Origin: Candidatus Woesearchaeota archaeon
GTDB taxonomy: Archaea > Nanobdellota > Nanobdellia > SCGC-AAA011-G17 > JACPNG01
Direction: 5' to 3'
Assembly: GCA_018303485.1 (NCBI GenBank)
Contig: JAGVYC010000008.1
Location: 1 to 61,610, forward strand
Length of the DNA: 61,610 bases
Shown here: positions 10,253 through 19,063 of the stretch, piece by piece
How positions within the stretch are numbered: position 1 is the first letter of the stretch
How the letters are laid out: each line of letters starts with the position of its first letter
Program-made: the position numbers and the translations under genes
The notes under the pieces: model-generated
Databases searched by the model: none
Told to the model about the DNA's origin: nothing
What the model saw: only the letters and a program-made list of their open reading frames with translations

Positions 10253-10812
10253 GCTTCAACAACCTCTGTTTTGCTTAAAACCTCAGTCAGCCTTTGATTG
10301 TTTTTATTGAAGAACATATATATGACATCAATTAATAATAATATAGATAATGATGTTGTAAATGTGGCCTTTGTTATATTTCTAACTAAGACCTGCCATA
10401 TTTTCAACTCTCCAGTCTGCGAGCTTATTGCAATCTTCATTAAAATCTTTCCAATGCTCTGCCTTAATAAATACTCCAGAACACTCCAGTAAAATAATGC
10501 AGATAATGACATAATTACGGCAACAAGGGCTATCAAGCTGCTTGATTCTTCAAACTTATCTCCTCCTTCAGAAAATAATTCTTTTAATGTATTAATATCA
10601 AATTTATCCCCTATTCCAATCTCTTTGGCTAAAAATGTTTGCAATGGCAAAGTCGCAATATAAATTATCATCAAGTCAATTACAAAAGCAAGTATTCTTT
10701 TCCATAAACTAACCCTTCTTGGCATTAATAAGCTAAACTCTTTTTTTGTTCTTTTCATTGTATTTGCTAATCTTCTCCCTATATATAAATCTTTTTTTAT
10801 CATCGTAAGCAA
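10249..10812 (-). CDS. RDD family membrane protein
   Basis: KRILAFVIDLMIIYI (R..ID motif) plus three hydrophobic segments. Overlaps sppA by 4 nt (operon). Confidence 0.6.
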   Translation of the reverse strand: MLTMIKKDLYIGRRLANTMKRTKKEFSLLMPRRVSLWKRILAFVIDLMIIYIATLPLQTFLAKEIGIGDKFDINTLKELFSEGGDKFEESSSLIALVAVIMSLSALFYWSVLEYLLRQSIGKILMKIAISSQTGELKIWQVLVRNITKATFTTSLSILLLIDVIYMFFNKNNQRLTEVLSKTEVVEA

Positions 10813-10831
10813 GAAGACCGTGATAATTGAC

Positions 10832-11445
10832 TCAATTAGAATTTATTTTTTTCTTGAAGCGAACCCTTTCAATTTTTTCAGAAGCATGGATTAATAGTCT
10901 GGTGCTCATTTTACATGCCTTTACAGTTGTATTAAAATCATTGAACTTTAACGCTTCATTGCTGAATCCTAGGAGATGTGATATTAGTCTTGAATACACG
11001 CTTGTATAATAATCTTTTTTTTCTTTCTCTTTGGCACCCATAAATTCGTTATTGGCATCTAATAGTGCATTTTCCATGCCTTTCAAGTAATCTTCAATGC
11101 TTCTGATATCAATTACACCCTTTAATTCATAAGTATTCGGTGGTATGTATATTCTCCTGTCTATTGCTGTTTGTTCATATCCTCTGAATTTAAAGCAGCT
11201 CGTACCTTTAAATTCCCTTGGCAGTTTCTTTTTTACAAGTCCACATTCATCATGGACATATTCATATTTGGCGCCTAATACTGAAATTCTCTTGGCTAGA
11301 TTATTGCCTTCTGTTAGAAAATATTCATGCTTAATTCATGATATGTTAATTTGCCGTGCCTTGCACTCTCAGCTAGCCTTAAACATTCTTTCATGTAACC
11401 CTTTCTGTCTCCTGTTGTTTGCTGCATTAGTCTTAACATTACCAT
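10832..11445 (-). pseudogene. possible frameshifted ORF (two frames joined at a T4 run)
   Basis: The reverse strand from ATG 11445 reads MVMLRLMQQTTGDRKGYMKECLRLAESARHGKLTYHELSMNIF*. Shifting one nt at the aatATTTTcta run continues it as LTEGNNLAKRISVLGAKYEYVHDECGL and into the 84-aa ORF 10832-11086. Confidence 0.25.
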
Positions 11446-11556
11446 TTTATAATGTATAAAACAAAAATTATAAAAAGGTTTAGGTAGCTTATTGCACGTT
11501 AATTAATAGGCAATTAAGGGGCAATTCTTATAAATCTCATCAATATTAATGTCAGT

Positions 11557-13248
11557 ATGAAAGGATCTTACAAGGAATTTTATGAAGAATTGAACAGCAA
11601 TTTAAAAAATATAAAGAACCTAAAGGAATTTTTATTGCTAAAAAATGAGTTGATTAAAAAATATCAATTAAAACAAACCCCTTCTTACATACAGATATTA
11701 ACAAACATAAACAATTCTTTGTTCAAAAAATTAGAATTCCTTCAAACAAAACCAACAAGGACAATTTCAGGCGTTGCTCCAATAGCAATAATGACAAGGC
11801 CTTATGGCTGCCCTCATGGCAAATGTATATATTGCCCTGGCGGCATTAAAAGCTATTTTGGCAATGTCCCTCAAAGTTATACTGGCCATGAACCAGCAGC
11901 AATGAGGGCCAAAAGAAATTTCTACGACCCTTACCTGCAGGTTTTTAACAGGCTTGAGCAGTATGCTTTGCTTAACCAAAATTTCAATAAGGTTGAATTA
12001 ATAGTCATGGGTGGAACTTTTCTTTCAACACCCGAAACTTACCAAAAAGATTTTGTAACGTACTCATTTAAGGCTATGAACGACTTTTCAAAAATGTTCA
12101 TTAAAAACAGTAATTTTAATTTTGAAAAATTCAAGAAATTCTTTGAGCTGCCAGCAGACGTTCATGATAAATACAAGACAAAGAGGCTGCAGAATAAGAT
12201 CTTAAAATTAAAGCAAGATTCAAATTTAAAAAAAGAGCACATAAAAAATGAAAGCTCCTATGTAAGATGTGTTACGCTTGCATTGGAAACAAGGCCGGAT
12301 GTCTGCAGTATCTCCCATATAAACAATGCTTTGTCCTACGGTTCAACAAGAATGGAGTTAGGCGTACAATCCCTGCAGGATAAAATATTAAAAAAAGCAA
12401 ACAGGGGCCATAATGTCAGAGATATAATAAATGCAACGCAGCTATTAAAAGATTCGTTCTTTAAAACAGGCTATCATATTATGCCTGGGTTGCCAGGTTC
12501 AACAAAGGCCTCTGACATAGGGACATTCAAGGAATTGTTTTCAAATCCAGATTTCAAGCCAGATGCATTAAAAATATATCCATGCATGGTAATGCCGGGT
12601 ACTAAGTTATACGAACATTATAAGAAAAAAAGATTCAGACCTTTGACAGCAGAAAAAGCAGCAGAAATAATTGCAGAATCAAAAAGATACATCCCTAAAT
12701 ATTGCAGGATAATGAGAATTCAAAGAGACATACCAAGCAAATTAGTGGCAGCAGGAGTTGATGCAACTAATCTAAGGCAGCATATTCATGAGTTATTAAA
12801 GCAAAAGGGCATAAAATGCAATTGCATAAGGTGTCATGAGCCAAAAGACCAGCAGGTTTCATTTGGTGATGTTAAATTTTTAAAAACAGAATATCTTGCA
12901 TCAGGGGGCACTGAAATTTTTCTCTCAGCAGAAGATGTTAAAAATAATTTTTTGCTTGGCTTTTTAAGGTTAAGAATTCCATGCAGGCCATTCAGAAGAG
13001 AAATAACAGCTAACTCAGCAGGCATTAGAGAACTGCATGTTTATGGAACCCCTGTGCCTCTTGGAAAAAAAAGCAGCAAAATCCAGCACAGAGGTTACGG
13101 CCATATTTTGATTGAAGAATCAGAAAAAATAGCAAAAGAGCAGTTTGGCATAAAAAAGCTGCTTGTTATTAGTGGCATTGGTGTCAAGCCATATTTCTGC
13201 AGCTTAGGCTATAAAAAAGACAGCGTTTATATGTCTAAAAAACTATAG
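11557..13248 (+). CDS. elp3: Elp3 (radical SAM + GNAT tRNA wobble-uridine modification enzyme)
   Basis: CPHGKCIYCPGG cluster motif, radical-SAM core and a C-terminal GNAT with HRGYGHILIEESE. The length fits archaeal Elp3. Confidence 0.9.
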   Translation: MKGSYKEFYEELNSNLKNIKNLKEFLLLKNELIKKYQLKQTPSYIQILTNINNSLFKKLEFLQTKPTRTISGVAPIAIMTRPYGCPHGKCIYCPGGIKSYFGNVPQSYTGHEPAAMRAKRNFYDPYLQVFNRLEQYALLNQNFNKVELIVMGGTFLSTPETYQKDFVTYSFKAMNDFSKMFIKNSNFNFEKFKKFFELPADVHDKYKTKRLQNKILKLKQDSNLKKEHIKNESSYVRCVTLALETRPDVCSISHINNALSYGSTRMELGVQSLQDKILKKANRGHNVRDIINATQLLKDSFFKTGYHIMPGLPGSTKASDIGTFKELFSNPDFKPDALKIYPCMVMPGTKLYEHYKKKRFRPLTAEKAAEIIAESKRYIPKYCRIMRIQRDIPSKLVAAGVDATNLRQHIHELLKQKGIKCNCIRCHEPKDQQVSFGDVKFLKTEYLASGGTEIFLSAEDVKNNFLLGFLRLRIPCRPFRREITANSAGIRELHVYGTPVPLGKKSSKIQHRGYGHILIEESEKIAKEQFGIKKLLVISGIGVKPYFCSLGYKKDSVYMSKKL

Positions 13249-13302
13249 AAAAGTATTTAACATTGCAATGCAATATTATACATTAAATATAGGGAAGCCA
13301 TC

Positions 13303-13689
13303 ATGATAGAACTCGGCGGCAATATTAAACTTGTAGGATTTAATGAGCTTGAACCAGCAAAGCTTATTGTTGTTAAAAAAATGGTTGGCAATTACGCCAG
13401 GAAAATCCATGACAAAGTAAGCCCTTTTGAAGAACTAAGCCTGCATCTGAAAGAAGTTCATTCTACAGAAAACATAAAAAATAAAAGATATGAAATCAAG
13501 GGTAAATTGGTCATAAATACAAACCCCTATAATGCTGAGATATTAGATTATAACTTGTTCTTTGCAATAGACAAAGTTCTTGCAGCAATTACAGACAAGC
13601 AGTTTAGCAATATGCATAAACACCAGCAGTATGCAAGGTTAAATCCAGAGCAGCCAGAGCAGCCAGAACAGCAACAAAAAGCTTTATAA
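13303..13689 (+). CDS. hypothetical protein, weak resemblance to the HPF/RaiA (S30EA) fold, with a C-terminal (PEQ)3 repeat
   Basis: The pattern MIELGGNIKLVGFNELEPAKLIVVKKMVGNYARKI ... FAIDKVLAAITDKQ resembles the beta-alpha-beta-beta-beta-alpha layout of hibernation factors. A tandem 9-nt CCAGAGCAG repeat lies near the 3' end. Confidence 0.35.
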   Translation: MIELGGNIKLVGFNELEPAKLIVVKKMVGNYARKIHDKVSPFEELSLHLKEVHSTENIKNKRYEIKGKLVINTNPYNAEILDYNLFFAIDKVLAAITDKQFSNMHKHQQYARLNPEQPEQPEQQQKAL

Positions 13690-13712
13690 ATTTAACAATA
13701 CCAATTTTTGAT

Positions 13713-14000
13713 ATGAAACGTGTAGGCGGATTTAGAAGGAAAACCAGAAGCAAGTTAAGGAAAAATGTCCATGATAAAGGCAAGATTTACATTTCAAGAT
13801 TCTTGCAGCAATTCAAGATAAATGATAAAGTAGCGCTTACAGCAGATTCATCATATCAAAAAGGAATGTATCATCCAAGGTTTCATGGTAAAACAGGAAC
13901 AGTTATAGGAAAACAAGGCAACTGCTATTATGTTTCGATAAAAGACGGTGCAAAGAAAAAAAAGATAATTATACATCCAATACACTTGAGGGGTGCATAA
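13713..14000 (+). CDS. rpl21e: 50S ribosomal protein L21e
   Basis: GGFRRKTRSKL N-terminus and the SH3-like core GKTGTVIGKQGNCYYV. The conserved L21e-RpoF-DUF655 order follows. Confidence 0.9.
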   Translation: MKRVGGFRRKTRSKLRKNVHDKGKIYISRFLQQFKINDKVALTADSSYQKGMYHPRFHGKTGTVIGKQGNCYYVSIKDGAKKKKIIIHPIHLRGA

Positions 14001-14001
14001 A

Positions 14002-14343
14002 ATGCCTATTATAAAGGTAATAAATGAGAAGCCAATAGCATTAGTAGAGCTAAAACAAAGGCTTGAAGAAGTAAATAAGAGGGACAGCGAATTGAACCAC
14101 AGGTCTAAAAGGGTAAAAGAATACTTAGATCAATTTGTTCAGATAAAGCCGTCAGAAGCAGAGAAGATAAAAGAAAAATTAAACAAGCTTGAAATATCAA
14201 AGCTTAAGGAAAAACATATAACTAAAATAATTGATCTTAATCCAAGGGACATGGACAACCTAAAATCAATATTGACAGGTGAAAGTTTAACATTAAAACC
14301 AGAAGAACTTACAAAGATATTTGGAGCGATCAAAGAGTCATAA
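14002..14343 (+). CDS. rpoF: RNA polymerase subunit Rpo4/RpoF
   Basis: Rpb4-like helical protein placed directly after rpl21e. The ATG at 14002 follows the L21e stop; the ORF-track start at 13993 is a GTG inside L21e. Confidence 0.7.
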   Translation: MPIIKVINEKPIALVELKQRLEEVNKRDSELNHRSKRVKEYLDQFVQIKPSEAEKIKEKLNKLEISKLKEKHITKIIDLNPRDMDNLKSILTGESLTLKPEELTKIFGAIKES

Positions 14344-14360
14344 GATGTATTTTTTGCAAA

Positions 14361-14933
14361 ATGTCACAAGAATCAGTACGCGAGGAATCAGCAATTATTT
14401 TGGATTTCCTTCCAAATGGATATCCATTCGATACAAGGCCCTCTCACAAAAAGGCCCCAATAGTGCAAGCCATAGGTAAAAAGTATTTTATTCTTCTTGA
14501 ACTAATACCAAAAAAAGGAATAACTCTCCAGCTTGGAGAAGAGGTTTACATTGGCGAGGGCAAGAGAGACCAAATACACCATATTCTTGGCAAGATGCCA
14601 ATGGACAAGCTTACTGAGACAGCAAAGGCTGAATTAGACCTAGTGTTAAGAGCCCTTGTAGAAAAAAACGAAGGAAAATTTGTTGCATTCTTTAACAAGT
14701 CAATGCCGATAAATGCCCGCAGGCATCAAATAGAGCTGTTGCCAGGTATAGGCAAAAAGCATATGTGGGAAATCCTGGAAAAGAGAAAAGAAAGGGAGTT
14801 TTCTAGCTTTGATGACATAAAAGAACGCGTTAATCTTTTGCCAGATCCAGAAAAGATAGTTATAAAAAGAATCTTAATGGAATTGAACAACGAAGACAAA
14901 TACAGGTTTTTTGTTGGCATGCATTCTTTGTAA
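14361..14933 (+). CDS. DUF655 family protein (OB fold + helix-hairpin-helix)
   Basis: ILDFLPNGYP, QAIGKKYFILLEL and RRHQIELLPGIGKKHMWEILEKR are the family signature. The conserved synteny position after rpoF also fits. Confidence 0.75.
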   Translation: MSQESVREESAIILDFLPNGYPFDTRPSHKKAPIVQAIGKKYFILLELIPKKGITLQLGEEVYIGEGKRDQIHHILGKMPMDKLTETAKAELDLVLRALVEKNEGKFVAFFNKSMPINARRHQIELLPGIGKKHMWEILEKRKEREFSSFDDIKERVNLLPDPEKIVIKRILMELNNEDKYRFFVGMHSL

Positions 14934-14986
14934 TTTATTTATATCTTTTTTATTGCCCTTTGAGATATTTTTGCGATTAAAAACAG

Positions 14987-15000
14987 AAAGGTTTAAATAA
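14987..15000 (+). promoter_or_regulatory. BRE/TATA-like box AAAGGTTTAAATAA with no gene at the expected distance
   Basis: Shares AAAGGTTTAAATA (13 of the 14 nt) with the box at 41193-41206 and is close to the one at 55455-55468. The next annotated feature, tRNA-His, begins 147 nt downstream. Confidence 0.3.
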
Positions 15001-15146
15001 AGAAGCTCGTATAATTTTTACTATGCAATCGTTATATGAAGCTAAATTGCAAGTAAGTGGTGGTTGTGTTCATTTTAAGTAGCCTTAAGTATACTCTTAA
15101 TAAATTCTATCAAAATTATCTTTATTCTTTAGCTGGATGCATGTAT

Positions 15147-15218
15147 GGCGGCAGTAGTTTAACGGTAAAATTGGGGTCTGTGGAACCTCAGTCGTGGGTC
15201 CGACTCCCACTTGCCGCC
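15147..15218 (+). tRNA. tRNA-His (anticodon GTG) with genome-encoded G-1
   Basis: Acceptor GCGGCAG/TTGCCGC, G-1 (15147) opposite C73 (15218), D stem GTTT/AAAT, anticodon stem GGGGT/ACCTC, loop CTGTGGA (GTG at 15180-15182), T stem GTGGG/CCCAC. The T loop reads TCCGACT, which is unusual at position 55. Confidence 0.85.
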
Positions 15219-15240
15219 CTTTTGAATAGAGGAGCTAAAA

Positions 15241-16539
15241 ATGAGATTTGAATTGCCTAAAGGAACAAGGGATTTTTTGCCAGAAGAAAAGATACTAAGG
15301 GATTGCATAATCAATACCCTGAAAGAAACATTTGAATTATACGGCTATAATCCGTTGGAAACGCCTGCTTTGGAAATGTATGAAACATTGTCAAGCAAGT
15401 ATGCAGGAGGCTCTGAGATATTGAAAGAAATTTATACATTGACAGATAATGCAAAAAGAAAATTAGCCTTAAGATATGACTTAACAGTGCCCTTGGCAAG
15501 GGTGATTGCATCAAATCCAGCATTAAAAAAACCATTCAAACGCTACCAGATAGACAGGGTATGGCGCGATGGCCCGATCAAATTGGGGAGGTACAGGGAA
15601 TTTTGGCAGTGTGACGCAGATGTTATTGGCATAAAATCAATGCTTGCAGATGCTGAATTATTGGCTTTAGCAAATTCTTTTTTCAAGAAAATAAATTTAG
15701 ACGTAACAATCTGCGTAAACAACAGGAAGCTGCTTAATTCAATCTTAGATATTTATAACATACAAAAAGAAAAGCAGGAAAGCATTATAATAACATTGGA
15801 CAAAATAAAAAAAATAGGCATTAAAGGCGTTGCTGCAGAGCTTAAAAAAAAGAATATTTCAGATAAAGCCATAAAAGCCCTTCTTGAATTGTTCAACGCA
15901 AAAAATAAGGACGATTACAAATTGATTGATAAGCTTGATAAACTGCTAAAAGAAAAAGAAGGCATTAACGAAATAAAAGAGTTGTTATATTATTGCAAGG
16001 AATTTAATTTGGATAATGTAAAGCTGGAAATAAGCATGGCAAGAGGGCTTTCTTATTATACTGGCACTGTATTCGAAATCTTCATAAACAATGGCAGCCT
16101 GTCATGTTCATTGGCTGCAGGCGGAAGATTTGACAGTATGATATCTAATTTCATGAATTCAAGGGAGGAGGTTCCAGCTGTAGGCATAAGTTTTGGATTG
16201 GATACATTAATGGATGCAGTAACATTAAATAAAAAAATACAGCTAAAAAAATCAACAACTTTGGTTTACATAATACCAATAGATGCAAAAAAAGAATGCA
16301 TAAAAATAGCTAAATCTTTAAGGGATCAGGGCATAAAATGCGACATGGACCTGGTTGGAAGGTCAATAACAAAAAACTTGGAATATGTAAACAAACTTAA
16401 TATACCATATGCTTTAATCATCGGCTCTGATGAGCTGAAGCAGAAGAAACTAAAGCTCAAGGACATGGCTAGTGGTAAAGAGAAGCTTCTGAATATTGAA
16501 GTGATATTCAAAGAGCTGAAAAAACAAAATTCTGATTAA
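15241..16539 (+). CDS. hisS: histidyl-tRNA synthetase
   Basis: PKGTRDFLP, class II motifs (RYDLTVPLAR, YRREFWQCD, GGRFD) and a C-terminal anticodon-binding domain. Confidence 0.9.
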   Translation: MRFELPKGTRDFLPEEKILRDCIINTLKETFELYGYNPLETPALEMYETLSSKYAGGSEILKEIYTLTDNAKRKLALRYDLTVPLARVIASNPALKKPFKRYQIDRVWRDGPIKLGRYREFWQCDADVIGIKSMLADAELLALANSFFKKINLDVTICVNNRKLLNSILDIYNIQKEKQESIIITLDKIKKIGIKGVAAELKKKNISDKAIKALLELFNAKNKDDYKLIDKLDKLLKEKEGINEIKELLYYCKEFNLDNVKLEISMARGLSYYTGTVFEIFINNGSLSCSLAAGGRFDSMISNFMNSREEVPAVGISFGLDTLMDAVTLNKKIQLKKSTTLVYIIPIDAKKECIKIAKSLRDQGIKCDMDLVGRSITKNLEYVNKLNIPYALIIGSDELKQKKLKLKDMASGKEKLLNIEVIFKELKKQNSD

Positions 16540-16603
16540 AAATACAGCCTGTTTTTAAGGCCAGAACGTAATCTTTTTAAACCCATCTTTTATAAAAAGA
16601 CCC

Positions 16604-17074
16604 ATGGAAGATAATCTAGGAATAATGCTCATAAGGCTTGGAGACGTTGATTTAATTGGCAGCAAGCAAACCTTTGTAGCATTAAGAAAGATAAAGGGAG
16701 TAAGCTATTCTTTTGCAAATGCCGTATGCATAATAGCAGACATTTCAAAGCACAAAAAAATAGGCGCATTAACAGAGGCTGAGCTTAAGAAAATTGATGA
16801 TATCATAAGAAATCCATCAAGATACAACATCAAGCCATTCTTGTTCAACAGGCAAAAAGACATAGAAACAGGAGAAAATAGGCATCTAATCTCATCAGAA
16901 TTAAAATTGACAGCAGAATTTGACATAAAAAGAATGAAAATGATTAAATCATACAAAGGCATAAGGCATTCATTAGGCCAGCCAGTAAGGGGTCAAAGAA
17001 CAAAAGCGCATTTCAGGAAAGGATCCGCCCTTGGAGTTAAGAAAAAACCAGGCGTTAAAAAGGGCAAGGTATAA
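16604..17074 (+). CDS. rps13: 30S ribosomal protein S13 (uS13)
   Basis: First gene of the conserved archaeal S13-S4-S11-RpoD block. Contains KGIRHSLGQPVRGQRTK. Confidence 0.9.
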   Translation: MEDNLGIMLIRLGDVDLIGSKQTFVALRKIKGVSYSFANAVCIIADISKHKKIGALTEAELKKIDDIIRNPSRYNIKPFLFNRQKDIETGENRHLISSELKLTAEFDIKRMKMIKSYKGIRHSLGQPVRGQRTKAHFRKGSALGVKKKPGVKKGKV

Positions 17075-17077
17075 AAG

Positions 17078-17683
17078 ATGGGTTCTATAAAAAAACAAAG
17101 GAAGAAATTCATACCGCCGACACATCCATGGAAACGCTTGCGTTTGGAAGAAGAAAGTAAAATAAAAAAAGAATATGGCTTTAAGACAAAAGAAGAGATC
17201 TGGAAATCAGAATACAAGCTTAAAAAATTCAAAAGGCAGGCAAAAAAATTAATTGCAGCAGAAACAAAGCAGGCAGTTATTGAAAAATCTCAGCTAATCA
17301 ATAAGCTTATGAAATACGGCTTGGCAAATGAATCAACAAAGATTGAGGATGTGCTGAATTTAAATTCAAATAATCTAATGGATAGAAGGTTGCAAACAAT
17401 GGTCTTTAGAAATAATCTTTCTCGTTCAATAAAACAAGCTCGCCAGTTTATATCGCACGGCCATATTATGATAGGAAATAAAAAAATAACATCTCCGAGT
17501 TACCTTGTGCTGAAATCTGAAGAAGACAAGATAGCATTTTCAGCATTATCATCTTTGGCAAGCCCTGAACATCCAGAGAGATTTAAGCAGGAAGCAAAAG
17601 ATGAATTAAAAAAAGAACCAAAGAAAGAAAAAGTCAGGGAAGAAAGGCCAAAAAGAAAACCAGTTAAACTAAGGAAAAGATGA
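17078..17683 (+). CDS. rps4: 30S ribosomal protein S4 (uS4)
   Basis: [15 protein letters not shown]-terminus, S4 RNA-binding domain [19 protein letters not shown], and a lysine-rich C-terminal tail. Confidence 0.9.
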   Translation: MGSIKKQRKKFIPPTHPWKRLRLEEESKIKKEYGFKTKEEIWKSEYKLKKFKRQAKKLIAAETKQAVIEKSQLINKLMKYGLANESTKIEDVLNLNSNNLMDRRLQTMVFRNNLSRSIKQARQFISHGHIMIGNKKITSPSYLVLKSEEDKIAFSALSSLASPEHPERFKQEAKDELKKEPKKEKVREERPKRKPVKLRKR

Positions 17684-18084
17684 GAAGAGAACAAGAAACA
17701 ATAAGATGGGGAATAGCCTATATATATGCTAGTTACAACAATACAATAATCCATATTACAGATATAACTGGTTCTGAAACCATTGCAAAATGCTCAGGCG
17801 GCATGGTAGTTAAATCCCACAGGCTTGAAAGTTCTCCAACAGCAGCAATGATGGCAGCAAAAACAGTTGCAGAACACGCACTGGAAAAAGGAATTAATGC
17901 TATTCATATAAAAGTCAAAGCTCCTGGCGGCCATTCAGGAATTAATATGCCTGGTCCGGGTGCACAGGCAGCTATAAGGGCTTTGGCAAGAAATGGACTG
18001 AGGATAGGAATTATAGAAGACATAACAGCTACCCCTTCTGATGGCTGCAGGAAAGCTCACTTCAGAAGAGGCAGAAGAGTATAA
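17680..18084 (+). CDS. rps11: 30S ribosomal protein S11 (uS11)
   Basis: [27 protein letters not shown].., and a C-terminal [14 protein letters not shown]. Confidence 0.9.
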   Translation: MRREQETIRWGIAYIYASYNNTIIHITDITGSETIAKCSGGMVVKSHRLESSPTAAMMAAKTVAEHALEKGINAIHIKVKAPGGHSGINMPGPGAQAAIRALARNGLRIGIIEDITATPSDGCRKAHFRRGRRV

Positions 18085-18085
18085 A

Positions 18086-18868
18086 ATGGAAATTAAAACA
18101 TTAGAAAAGAACAAGGAGAAAATTTCTTTGTTAGCAAAAGGCATAGATGCATCTTATGCTAATACAATTCGCCGTTTAATAATAGACGAAGTTCCAACAA
18201 TGGCAATAAAATTTGTTACCTTTGACAAGAATACATCTGCTTTGTACGATGAAATGATTGCTCACAGGTTCGGATTAGTTGTTCTGAAGACAGACTTAGA
18301 ATCTTACAACTTGCAGGAGAAATGCAAATGCAATGGCAAGGGTTGCTCAAGATGCCAGGCTGAATTCTCTCTCAAAGCAGTGGGCCCTTGTAATGTTTAC
18401 GCAGAAGAAATAAAATTCAAAGACCAAAAAATAAAGGCAGTTTATCCAAAAACATTGATTTTAAAATTAGCAAAAGGCCAGCTTTTAAGCACAGAAGGCA
18501 TTGCAACATTAGGCAAGGGCAAGCACCATACAAAATATGCCCCTGCTTTAGTTTATTATCGCAGTTATCCAATAATAAAAATTAATCAAAATGAAGATAC
18601 ATCTGCTGCAGTTAAAGTCTGCCCAACTCATGTATTCAGGCTTACTGGAAAAAAAGCAAATGTTGTTGAGCCATTAAAATGCATATTGTGCATGGCCTGT
18701 GTTGATGCCTGCAACAATGCTATAACAGTTGAAGGAAGCAAAACAGATTTTTTAATGTTCATTGAATCATATGGCCAGCTTAAGCACAAGGAGATTGTTG
18801 AAACAGCAATTTCAGTCATGAATGAAAAGCTGGATGATTTTGGAAAAGCTTTAAAAGCAGTTAAGTGA
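18086..18868 (+). CDS. rpoD: RNA polymerase subunit Rpo3/RpoD with ferredoxin-like Cys cluster
   Basis: ANTIRRLIIDEVPTMAI dimerisation domain and CILCMACVDAC. The ATG at 18086 immediately follows the S11 stop; the ORF-track start at 18041 lies inside S11. Confidence 0.85.
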   Translation: MEIKTLEKNKEKISLLAKGIDASYANTIRRLIIDEVPTMAIKFVTFDKNTSALYDEMIAHRFGLVVLKTDLESYNLQEKCKCNGKGCSRCQAEFSLKAVGPCNVYAEEIKFKDQKIKAVYPKTLILKLAKGQLLSTEGIATLGKGKHHTKYAPALVYYRSYPIIKINQNEDTSAAVKVCPTHVFRLTGKKANVVEPLKCILCMACVDACNNAITVEGSKTDFLMFIESYGQLKHKEIVETAISVMNEKLDDFGKALKAVK

Positions 18869-18882
18869 CTGATGATTCATTT

Positions 18883-19025
18883 GCGGGGATGTCAGAGTGG
18901 CCAAATGAGCTACCTTGAGGAAGCATTTTAAAAGGGTAGTGGCTTAGTGCCTTCGCAGGTTCGAACATAAGAAGAACTAGGGTTTATCAAAGCCCGGAGC
19001 TTATAAGAAAGTCCTGCTTCCCGCA
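18883..19025 (+). tRNA. tRNA-Leu (anticodon GAG), class II, with two introns: 13 nt at 37/38 and 46 nt in the T loop (about 59/60)
   Basis: Acceptor GCGGGGA/TTCCCGC with A73. Anticodon stem CTACC/GGTAG, GAG at 18917-18919, long variable arm. T stem GCAGG (18955-59)/CCTGC (19013-17) is separated by 53 nt instead of 7. Removing 18921-18933 and 18966-19011 gives an 84-nt class II tRNA with T loop TTCGAAT. Confidence 0.7.
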
Positions 19026-19063
19026 AGACTAAAACAACAGTGGAGCTGTAACAGGGAGGAAAA

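Noticed and set aside
11145-11459. 104-aa ORF on the + strand
   Set aside because: It is antisense to the more coherent, though frameshifted, minus-strand reading frames. The Ser/Leu/Cys-rich composition is typical of antisense translation.
15057-15251. 64-aa ORF on the + strand
   Set aside because: It runs straight through the tRNA-His gene (15147-15218) and into the hisS start, so it is an artefact of the GC-richer tRNA sequence.
18041-18085. Upstream GTG/ATG start for rpoD given by the ORF track
   Set aside because: It would overlap the S11 coding region by 44 nt. The ATG at 18086 directly follows the S11 stop and begins the conserved RpoD N-terminus.
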